From positions 21,266,001-21,330,000 of the forward strand of contig CM114271.1 of the NCBI GenBank assembly GCA_050084515.1: a DNA stretch of 64,000 bases, written 5' to 3'. Below, in pieces: positions 24,704 to 35,357 of this stretch. Positions within the stretch are counted from its first letter, which is position 1. The number at the start of each line of letters is the position of its first letter. The DNA is from Blasia pusilla (Eukaryota). The notes beneath the pieces were generated by a model, which was not told the origin of the DNA, made no database searches, and saw nothing but the letters and a program-made list of their open reading frames with translations. The position numbers and the translations under genes are program-made.

Positions 24704-25132
24704 ACCCTCCTCCGGGATACACCACACAATGGGTGTGGTATCCAAGGGTGTGATCGTAGCACTCCCTGTTACCTTGGGTTCCTCAGACCCGTCATGCTCT
24801 GGTGCAAACGCCTCGCTCCACGCGGTCTGCACGTGCTCATCTGCCAATCGTTGAAGCTCCTCAATCGAGCCCCACAACGGCACCTCTCCTCCACCGAATG
24901 ATGCAGCTACCATAACACTCCTCTCCATAGAAATGTCAGGAACGGGAGTATCCTCTGCATGGACATGTCCCTCAATCAAATCACTAGGCCAAGTGATGGC
25001 ACTACTAAATGCTGCTAAGGTCGCCATCTCTCCTGGCCGTTGCTTGATCACTGCACCCGTGAATCGAACTAGTAATGAGCTAAGGCGCCCATCACCTGAC
25101 TGCCATCCTGGTCTATAGGACGCTGACTCCTC

Positions 25133-25801
25133 TCAATAATCTAGGGAAAACCCCATCGGGTATAACATTGCTCCACCAACCAAGACGTCGTAGGACTGTG
25201 CATCAGTCACTATCGCCTTGGCGCGCACCACGGACTCATCTATAGGATGTCCCGGGAAAATCCTTACCACGACCTCTTGTCGGGTGATATACTGTGTGGT
25301 ACTCGCTCCACCCAAGGATGTCTGGATCCGGAATGGACAATGCTCCACATCGGCTTTCGTCAAGCCCAATCCTCTGAATGACGCTTTCCCCAACATCAAG
25401 GGTTGCGCTCCTGAATCCAACAAGACGAGCTCCGGACTAAAAGCTCTACCTCCAAAACTCACCAAGTGGAAGACCTCTCCTCGGTTATCCAACAACACAA
25501 CACCAGGAGAAGCCATGGCACGCTCTATCGCGGGTCTAGCGGGCATCTCCGCCATCCTAGCAGCCGCAGCCTGCCATGAATTTGACGTGGACGGCCCTAG
25601 CATCCGCTCCAAGGGCAGGTCCATCACCTCCTCTGCCATCACCTTTGAACGTGATGCAGGAACTCCAACTCCGCGCTCACATAGTGAAGCGGCCAGCCAA
25701 AAAGCCTCGGCGGGCGTACCCCCCAACGTCATAACATCAGAAGCAGAAAATAAAGGAGTGCGGTACACAACGGTGGCCGCCCCCAACAACGTGCTCGACA
25801 C
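25133..25801 (-). pseudogene. Retropepsin-like aspartic protease region
   Basis: VLLDSGAQP catalytic motif and YDVLVGG (DxLLG-like) motif, positioned between gag and the DNMT domain. Confidence 0.85.
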
Positions 25802-26260
25802 ATGCCCCTCCTAAGCATCAACAATAGGAGTCGTTGCACTCGCTTCTCCCATCGCCCTTCGTGCTTGCACACCAACAACATCACCAACTCTCCAGGAACT
25901 TTGATGAGGACCCATCGATGGGGTCCTCATCGCTTCGGACAACGTGAAAGACTGAGGAAGCCTAGTAAATCTTCGGCTTCCCGCATTTGTGGATCCAACT
26001 CGCGGTCGTTCCCGCGTCACAACTGCGGTGGCCTCCATCTGGGCAACCCCGCACATCCATCCAAGATCCTCCAGATCTCTGGCTGCTCCATATGATGTCG
26101 ATGCCACGGATCCGGAATCGGGTAACCTCAATGCCATAGCGGCAATTTGCTCCTATAGCTGCTGTATCTGAGCAGCCATCCCAGCCTCACGTCCGGCGTC
26201 TCCCTCGACGTGTCTAGGTGGTGGTACTCTACCTCCTCCACGGGCAGCTCCACCACCCTG

Positions 26261-27424
26261 TCAGGAAACTCCAGCTCCTCGTCTCCCAACGGGACCACGT
26301 GGTGCACGATCTCTAGGCCCACCCGGACCGGCTACTCGATCTGGTGCCCTCTCTGGCCCTCGGTCCGGACGTAACTCAGGATGTAAACTGAAACACCTGG
26401 CGCGTGTATGACCATACCTCTGACAATAGTCACACTGATAACCTCCTGGTGCAGCACCATCTCCTCCTCCATGTTGAGGCATACGTCCATGACCCAGAAG
26501 AGTGCAATCACGTTGATGATGGGCTCCACCACATGACCAACAAGTAATAGTAGGCGGCTGTTGCTGAGCGGCATATGAAGGCGCAGGTCTCTGTGGCACG
26601 GCCTCCCGGTATCCTCCCTGAGCTCGTGGTGCCACAGTCGACCTATCTCCGAGTCCAGGTTGCTGCATAGCTGGTGCAGACAATCCTGACTGCTCTCGCC
26701 CAGAACCCATGGTGGCTACGCTCTCCTCCACCATGTTGCGCTCAATGTTCTCGGCGGTCCTAAAAACATCTCTCAACGTAGGGGAGGTGTTCATAAGAAG
26801 CACCCCCTCCCGCACCCGTGTCCGCAGGGTCCGGTCCAGCATCGCGTACCATGACTGGATAGCCTGAGCCTCTATCACCCCCTGAGTGACGTTGATCAAC
26901 CGGCGCAAGCGAGTGTAAGCCTCACGCAAACTCTCACCCGGGCGCCTCTGGAAGTCGTGGATGCTCCGCAACTTCTCCGTCCGTACCCCCTGGTAGCTCG
27001 CCCTCAACTCAGCAAAGAACTCAACCACAAGGTTGAACCTGGGACGAACCCGACTAGACGGTGCAACTGCTCCCGTGCGAGTGACCCCTCCTAAAACGTC
27101 ACTAGTGGAAGAGGTAGTAGCCTCTCCTGACTCCTCCTCCTCGTCTGGGAACGGCTCCGTCCATGACACATAATGTGGGTCATAGTAGTGCCTCCACGCC
27201 TCGATCTCACATGCATATCTATGAGAGAACTCATGGTAATCGTCCATGGGCGCCCCCTCTAAATGCTCAAACATACCGTTCCATGTTGTAAATGGGTTGA
27301 ACTCTCTAGAGTTCCTGGCCCGCTGGGAGTCACACCAACTCCTAAACTCTGCTATAAAATCGTGCAACTCAATCGTGCCTACTGCACCTGAAAACCTACG
27401 CGGTCCTCTACCCCGGTCGTCCAT
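26261..27424 (-). CDS. Gag with two CCHC zinc knuckles
   Basis: 387-aa ORF. FQRRPGESLREAYTRLRRL (major-homology-like region), CWSCGGAHHQRDC and CDYCQRYGHTRARC. Confidence 0.88.
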   Translation of the reverse strand: MDDRGRGPRRFSGAVGTIELHDFIAEFRSWCDSQRARNSREFNPFTTWNGMFEHLEGAPMDDYHEFSHRYACEIEAWRHYYDPHYVSWTEPFPDEEEESGEATTSSTSDVLGGVTRTGAVAPSSRVRPRFNLVVEFFAELRASYQGVRTEKLRSIHDFQRRPGESLREAYTRLRRLINVTQGVIEAQAIQSWYAMLDRTLRTRVREGVLLMNTSPTLRDVFRTAENIERNMVEESVATMGSGREQSGLSAPAMQQPGLGDRSTVAPRAQGGYREAVPQRPAPSYAAQQQPPTITCWSCGGAHHQRDCTLLGHGRMPQHGGGDGAAPGGYQCDYCQRYGHTRARCFSLHPELRPDRGPERAPDRVAGPGGPRDRAPRGPVGRRGAGVS

Positions 27425-28461
27425 CTCGTACGCTCAACTGGTAGGACCACTCACAATGTGTGGCGATGTGCTCACACCCTCCCCCTTGTCTGACGATGAC
27501 ACAGAAGGAGGTCGAGGTGGTCCCTCACGTGGAGACCCTCGGAACCTCGCGCCACTCCGCGTAAAACCTCTAGAGCTACTCTCGAGTTCACCACCTCGCC
27601 TCTCAAAGTCCCGAACGGACTCCGTGATGACCCTCGTGCCCCTCTCACCTGATCACTCTGAACCTCGTGAGGAATCCCTCAATCACTCATCCCAAACATG
27701 CGGCACTCGATCTACACTCTCTCTTCCCGAGACGTGTAACGTGCGGCAACACGCGGCGTGGTGCGGCAAATCGACCAGGCTATCATCTCATCGAAAACCT
27801 ACCCTCAACTCCGGACATACCACACAGGTCTATGTCCCCTAAACCACATACATAAATAATGCTCTCAGCATCCACATACCCAATATCCCCAAATAAATCC
27901 CAGAATCCCTCACACGTGCAGGGTAAAGGACCAGAATGGGTAACCTGAACACATGTCGATGTCGCTCCTCAGCAACTGCAAATCTCGACCCCAACTCGAT
28001 TGTGGAGACAACTCCTCCAATCAGCAAGTCATACTCCTCCCGTACTGATGCTGCTCAAAACTCAACGATAGACAGTACGGTCCCAGCGGAACGGTGCGGC
28101 GTTGCAGGCGGCACGAAATGGCTACGAACGGCACGGCCCTCGATGGTGGGATGCGGCACTCGGCGGCATACCCTCCTCAATCAATAATAATCCCACACTC
28201 TTCTCCACAATGACGGTGCGTCTCCGCGATCGAGATGGTGCGGTGCGGCCACGAGCGGCAAGGCGCGGCAATCGACGGCGCGTTGCGGCTACGGGCGTCA
28301 CGGCACGATACTCGATCGTCGTCGAGCGGCTACCAATCACAACATAGCAGCATGAAATCAAAACTCAAACACCATAACCGGAGGTCATCTGCAATCAGTG
28401 GTTGATGAAGAAACTGCGATGACGGTGGCGGCCAAAACAAAGTACGTGGTGGCGACGCAAG

Positions 28462-28943
28462 TCACACCATAGCTCTCAAAGATGTGCACTTTCTCTCATG
28501 TCAAACCAAACCCATTCTCCTAATGAGAGGCTTGGGTTACACTCACAAGGCAAGATACCATAGCTCCGCCGCCTCATGCCAAGAGGTTCAACAAAGAGAG
28601 AATGAGCTCTCAAGCTCTCTCTCCTTGAGGTATACCCCTCCCCTCTCCCAAGCTCTCTCCATGGTAACCTATTCTCCCAAGTCACCTCCTTGGCTCTTGA
28701 CCTGATGTAGGAGGTCAAGGGCCACTTACCAAAAATAGTAAGTCGATCATATACTCAAAACGGTACTTACCTAAAATAGTAAGTTCCTCAATATGGCTCC
28801 AAATGAGCCGAAACGAAGGGGAAACCTACTATCTCAGGTTTCCAAGGGCCTCAGAAGGTCACCCTCGACCTATTGGGCGTGTCCTCCACTATTCATGAAG
28901 GCGCTCTATTAGATCTCACCGATCTATCTTAAAAGACGTGACA
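28462..28943 (-). repeat. Repeat A1 (5' terminal repeat) of Gypsy copy 2
   Basis: Starts tgtcacgtctttt on the element strand. Identity to A2 stops at gctatggtgtga. No B block and no TGG-type PBS follow. Confidence 0.9.
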
Positions 28944-31899
28944 TACGTTTTCTATTTCTGTGCTTATGGCCCGCAAGACTACCAACATCGAAAACAACTA
29001 GCCATAAATATGTAAATATAGTAAACTCTCTATATTCTTTTTTTGTTCTCTTCTCATGTCATGGTTTGATTGTAAGTTATATTTCTTCTCGTGTCTTTCT
29101 CATTAAACTAATCTTAATTCTTGTATAATTTAGTTCATAACCCTGATCTCCCAAAACACATGTCAGAATGCCTTCCATATGTTGCATGTAGAATTTTAAA
29201 ACATGTGGTAACAGCCCATTGAATAACTTTTAACATTGGACATACCACTGGATCTTACAGGTCAAAAATTCCTAAGACAGGACCTGGAAGTAGGCCACGT
29301 GGCCAGAAGATCATTCAAGGGGAAAGTTGGAAACGTGGATGTCAATGTCGCTTTTCCAGTTTCAGAGTTGAGGGATCTTGTTCATGCTGCAAAGATTGTT
29401 TACAAGCATAGACTACATATCGACAAGGAAGGGAAGCCATGTCACGGTTCACACGATCCGACATGCAAGGACACGCCAAAGATGTATGCCCCAAGAATAT
29501 CACACAATCTGAGATCGTATATTAAAGAGAGGCTTCGTCTTGGGGTGAATCCCCACCAGATTCTGTCGGAGCATGGTGTCACATAGAAGATGCGATCTGA
29601 GATGGATCCAAATTTCGAAGAAAGCATGAAGAGAGATGATTTCTTGCGAATGCATAATATCCTCAATGTGAAGAAAGAGCTAAATATGGAGACCTTTCAA
29701 TATTGTATGGGTGAAAATGAATCATTGAGATATTTTGTGACCCTTTATCTGGACAAGGTGTTCTTTTATGAACCATATATAGAGAATGCGAGGCCCTTCA
29801 TCTTAGGCTTCCAAAGCCAATGGCAATTGCAAACATTGGTCAAGCTTGGACACAATAGTGTATTAAGTATGGACTGTACATTTGGAACAAATTGAAGCAA
29901 GGTAAGTTCACTACATGTTATCATGGTGTTTTGAAAAAAAATGTGCATCACATATTTATTAAGCAAAGTCTCAGACATTGTGGTAATGGTTTGTTGGGTG
30001 TGTGGATTGTATGAGTGCAGTTCCCATTATACACTATTTTGGTATTTGATGAGCATCATACCGGGATACCAATGGCATGGGTTTTGACAAGTAGCTCAAA
30101 AGAGGTACATTTGGTTAGGTGGATGAAGGCAGTGGTCGGGAAATGTAAGACAATCCAACCAAATTGGGAGCCAAATGCAGTCATTGTGGATGATGCAAAT
30201 GCAGAGCAAAATGCCTTGAGGTTTGTCCATCCACTTCCTATCCATATTGTATCTTGTTATAAATAAGCAACTGAATTCTACTATTTTTACCACATTTACA
30301 ATTTCGGCATCCACCATGCAGAAATGGAAGGCATTATAGCCATGCAAATTCAATGACGTTATCTATTTATCATTCCATGTAGAGAGACATTTGGAGGTGT
30401 AAACATCATTTTGTGCCTTTGGCATGTACGACACGATTGGTTGAAGCAATTGAAGCGCAAGGTCCACTGCCCCATTTTTAAGAGCACAAATGTCACAACG
30501 TCTTGGAGAAATAATGTATGTCAATCGTTGTGGTACCTACACGAGAGGTGATGTCTTATATGACGCAAGAAATGCCTTGCAACAGTTCTATGCAGACTTT
30601 AGCGGAGAAGTTGCTTTTGTGAATTACATCCAGACTTATTGGGAGCCCAAACTAGGCAAGTTCATTGAACCTCTCATGTCTCTTGGATTTTCCCACCACT
30701 GGATCTTTAGGTTATGTAATTTACATTAAATATGTGGTGACTCTTGCTGGTTTTTTTTTGCAGAAAAGTGGGTTAGAGCAGCTAGGGACTACCCTCATGC
30801 AAACCAAGACACGAATGCTGCTATTGAAGCTTATCACGGAAGCATGAATGCAGTATTAAATAATTATAACAAGAGGTTGGCTAGAAGAAGAGGTGACTAC
30901 CTTGTGTGGAAGCTCCTCGAGTCCATTGAAGCATGGTATTTCCACATACAACTCTTAAAAAAGAAAGGCTTTGTGCAAAATGCAGCACAGGAGCAATATA
31001 TCAACAATGCAGTTCTAAAAGGAAAAGCTATTGCGGCCAGTGACGTTGTACTGACTCAAACGAGGGGTAATATACGCATGGCACGAGTAAAGAGCCAGAC
31101 AGTTCTCAATAAGTGGTATGAAGTCTACAATTATGACATTGAGTGGGAACATTGTGAGTGTCCATGGTCTCTTAAGGGTAACATTTGTAAGCATATGGTA
31201 AGTTTCACTCGATGATTATTCCATGAAGTAATATCCTTTGCTCTTTAATGGTTCAGAAGAAAATATGAATTATGAAGTAGAAACCCACTGAATGTGGAAG
31301 TGGAAAATAGATTGCTGCTTTGTTGCAGGAAAGCTTTGATGAGGCCGATTTGGTGAGGGTATTAGGAACAAGATTGGGTACAACACAAGGAGGAATATGC
31401 CATCTACAAATGGTGAGGATCGAATCAGACACTACCTTACGTCCATCGTTGGCAAACACCTTGGATCTCAATGAATTACCAGCAACAGAAGCAGGTATCT
31501 TCTCCTGTCAATGAATTCATACTTAGATTTTTCCTTGTTGTTGAGGTGTCTTATTTGTTTATGACATATCCTTTTTTAAGTTATGGCTACTATGTGGTAT
31601 GTTTCAAAAGGCATTCTAGATGAAGATAGCACCATATTTTCTTCATATATGGAAGATGGATATATGGGCACGCTTCTGCACCATCCACCAATTGCTGAAA
31701 GATCTCCATCGATGTTAATGGGAATACATGAGAGTTCTAATAGAATTCTTCCAAGTCCATCTCCCTCTATGGAGCAAATGGTCATTACTATGGACAAGTT
31801 ATACATTGAACTACGCACTAATTGTGGAGGAAACCTGCAATTTTTTACATTAGTATGTAAGATGTTGAGAGAAACCAATGGTAGAATAGAGACAGCAAA

Positions 31900-34800
31900 T
31901 GTCGCGCTCCTACCCTCCTTGAACGTCAATCTTTAGTGTTGCGGAAGCGTACGTTCAGTAGGTCACGAACTCATCGCTGATCTGCACCCAAACACGCACT
32001 CTCGTTAGTCGGGTCTGGGCCAACCAGCGTTCCCACCCACCGAGTCCTCCACTCGACGTCTCATCAAGCTCAACCTTCCTTAGTTCCTAGTTTCCAAAAC
32101 ATGGCAAGTCCTTCAAGACTTGCAACAGACTTCCTGGTTAGTCCAGGGATCTGAAACGGCCCTTGCGCGCCTAGCGATCCCAACTATTCAAAGGTCCTCG
32201 GGTGAGTTCCGAACCGAGACCCAAGTAATTGAGTCGCGGGCTGGAATCCAAGAGGGATGTCTAAAATCACCTCAATGGACTTGGTGCAGGTTTTCCAACC
32301 CAACCCCCAAACTCGCGTTCCGTTCCATGCCCTTGAGCCGGCCCGCGGCGCCCAAAGTGGGGTTTGGGTTCCAAGCACTCTCGGAGACCTTCCCCCTTAC
32401 TAGTACTTCTGGGGTTCTCCAATAACCCCTCCCCTTTGGGGAAAGAGGGTCGGGCCCTTCATTGTGGCCCTCAACCCGACTCCACTTACAGTCGTTTTCG
32501 GGTCGTATCTCGGCCGCTGCTTATGCGTTTGCAGCGATCTTTGGTGCGTTTGGACCGGCTCTCCATAAGTTTTCCAATACATCCTTATTTGCTCCAAACG
32601 CATCTTGGCGCTAAAAGTAATGGCCATAAATACAGTCGGAAACTCTCAAACGCTAGTGGCGTTCCAAATCCGGATCCTCCCTTTGGCAACCCACTTCCTA
32701 GACTCGACTTCTTTCAAGTCTGATTCCGCGTTTGGTCCAGGTTTCTCTGTCGCCACCATAACACCTGAAACGCGACTCCTCGCTCGCGTCACGTCTCTTG
32801 TCTCCTCTTTGAGACAACTCCAACGCGCAAACCATCTTAGCGTAAGCCCGCTAATGTTCCGATGTTCCTTTTGGCACTTGTTTGGTCATGAGGGTCGCGA
32901 CACTCACCCCTCTTTTAGAGGTTGATGCCCTCATCAACGCAAACCTTTATTATGTCAACTCTCATGGGCAGCCTACCCCTTGACATTGAATTGCGTTCTG
33001 GTGGCTAACCCGCAATTCCTCTTAGTCTCTAGTTGTCGCTTTGCCCCACTTAGAATTATTAGCCTCTCCTCTTTGATAAGCCTGGACTAGTTCCAAGGAA
33101 CTAACCTATCAAATAAGCTAACTAAGCGTGCAACCTTAGACTCTTTTGACTCATTACTGTAAACATCACACCTCTTTACCTGGTCCACAAATCGTAGTAC
33201 TATTGGGTCGCTCTCGTATTCGACTTAGGCGCGTCACTAAGTTTACTTATGTGGCCACAAGTAAGATCACCCCAAGCCCCAAGACAGACTTCATCTGCCC
33301 CGCCGACGGTAGGGCGAGCCCGAGTGTAATTCAACACAAGGTCCTGTTCTAGGTGCTTATCCACATACGAGCTCTCACCTCAAATACTCCTTGTATGTCC
33401 TCTTGTCATACATCCTAAGCCTATGATGAACGACTCATAGCCATGCACAACCACATACAAATTGCAATCCACACTGGTATCGAATCTCCAAATCCATACA
33501 CTCCTTTATTGCAACACTAGCATATTCTAGTTACAACGGCCTTCGGCCCAAGATTCCACTGGTTATAAGTCATGTCTCTAGCTTCTTCTCGTACCAACGT
33601 ATGTGCTTCGCTTGTGTTCGCTTGAAGTCGCGCAACAAGTCTTGCGCGTGTTCCAAATCCGCCTCCGCAATCCAAGTCGCCTCCTTCACATGATAGCCCT
33701 TCCATTTTACCAAGTATTCATACTTGTTGGCCCGACGCCTCGAACGTAAGATGGTCTCCACCTCAAACTCCGGCTCTTCATTTACAATGATCGGGTGCGG
33801 TCTCACCACCTGTCTCCGCGCGAAACGTCCATTATCTTGAAGATATTTCTTCAACAATGACACATGAAAGGTCGGGTGAATCTTGAACTCGGCCGTCAGC
33901 CTCAATGTATACACATCCTCAAACGGGTTTGCCACAATCACATACGGTCCAGGATACTTGGCAGACAGCTTCGCAAAAAACTCTTTGGGAAGAGTGAGGT
34001 TCTTTACACTCAACCACACTTGTTCTCCAACTTGGAATCGTACTTGGCGCCGACTCTTGTTAGCATGCTTAACGTACCTCATTTGAGCCTTTGCAAGACT
34101 TCGCCTCGCGCGCTCTTCTTGTTCTCGCATCTCTACCAACAAACCTTCTGCCATCGCTTGTTGTGTTCGTGCCAATGTACTACCCTTCGAAAGGGCTAGA
34201 TCAAGAGGCCCTTCTGGCTCTCGTCCATTTACCAGGAGAAACGAAGATTCTCCAGTTGTAGAATGCTTGGTCGAGTTGTAGCGAGATTCGCCATGCTCAC
34301 CACGACCCAATCGCGTTGATCAAAGACCGACATAATTCCTTAAAATCTTGATTCACGATAGAGCTTACCTTTTCACCGATCATCCATGCGTGGGTGGAAA
34401 GCCGTCTTGAAACTCAGCTTGGTCTTTAAACGAACAAGTGCTTCCGAAAAGCACGGTAAACTTTGATCCCGATCTGAAACAATGCTCCTCGGCAAACCAT
34501 GAGCACGCCACCAGCTATCGAGGAATAGTTGCGCCGTTGTATACGCCGTTGCGGAATCCACCGTCTGCACGAATCTTGCCAACTTGCTAAACCGATCAAC
34601 AATCACAAGTATAGCGTTGTATCCCTCAGATTCCGGAAGACTCGTGATGAAATCCATACTCACACTTTGCAAGGGTCCTTCTGGGATCGGCAAGGGATGC
34701 AGCAAGCCCTGTTTCGTATCATAAGAGACTCTATTTGCTTGGCAGGTCACACAGGTCTTCACATATTGAGCAACATCCTCTTTCATGTTGGGCCAAAGAA

Positions 34801-35352
34801 CCGCTTTGTGCAGCTAGCGAGATTTCTCTCCTTTATGTCCGCCAAGGGCCCGTCGTGACATTCCGCTAACACCTTGGTTCGCATCCTGCCTTGCCCTACA
34901 TAGATCCTACTCTGTTTGAACCTTAGTAAACCGTGCCTCAAACTTATGTTGGCCACCTTCTCACCCTGCTTCAACTTCCTCAAGTATTCCCCTGCTTGAG
35001 CATCCTTCATATATCCTTCACGAATCCTTCTTTCCAGATCTGTTTCTTTGGGGAATATTGCTCTCAAGACCTGTGTCGTCGATGGCATGTGTTCCTCCTT
35101 GCGACTTAACGCATCTGGAATCACATTATCTTTACCTGGCTTGTGAATCAACTCAACATCCATCAGCCCCAAGGTATCATGCCATCGTAGTTGTTTCGGT
35201 GTCACTCGATCTTGGGTCTCAAAATACTTGAGTGATATATTATCGGTGAATACTCAAGTCCTGTGGAGCCCTAGATAATGCCGCCACTTCCTCAAGCAAT
35301 GTACCACCGCGAACAAATCTTTCTCGTGAGTAGGCCATCTCCTTTCAGTATC
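31900..35352 (-). mobile_element. Chromovirus (Gypsy) 3' half: RNase H, integrase, chromodomain, PPT, 3' LTR (31900-32902)
   Basis: ERRWPTHEKDLFAV, HKPGKDNVIPDALSR, CVTCQ, SMDFITSLP, VDRFSK, KYPGPY, IHPTFHVSLLK, EFEVETIL...EYLVKWKGY...ATW. PPT aaaagaggggtgag abuts an LTR with TG...CA ends. Confidence 0.93.
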
Positions 35353-35357
35353 GATAC

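Larger units (their letters stand above)
19495..28943 (-). mobile_element. Full-length Ty3/Gypsy retroelement copy 2: gag-PR-DNMT-RT-RH-INT-PHD with split direct repeats, 4-bp TSD
   Basis: Termini TG...CA. TSD TACG at 19491-19494 and 28944-28947. Repeat A at 28462-28943 and 19567-20048 (482 bp, about 14 mismatches counted by eye). All pol domains are recognisable but carry stops and frameshifts. Confidence 0.95.
19161..31480 (+). pseudogene. Intron-containing MULE-like transposase / SWIM zinc-finger gene, interrupted by Gypsy copy 2
   Basis: IPWERLQDFIEGE ... DPSY|VFYFCAYGPQDY (frame restored across the TSD), HIDKEGKPCHG, RDDFL, SMDCTFGTN, FPLYTILVFDEHHTGIPMAW, IVDDANAE, ILCLWHV, SWIM CECPWSLKGNICKH. 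In-frame stops at 29584 and 29893. Confidence 0.85.

Noticed and set aside
24094-28361. Numerous plus-strand ORFs antisense to Gypsy gag-pol
   Set aside because: Shadow ORFs of GC-rich coding sequence on the opposite strand, with no domain signatures.
19495-28943. Classifying the element as DIRS/Ngaro because of its split repeats
   Set aside because: No tyrosine recombinase motifs were seen. It has a protease, an rve DDE integrase, TG...CA ends and a TSD, and its methyltransferase is C5-type rather than the adenine-type MT of DIRS.
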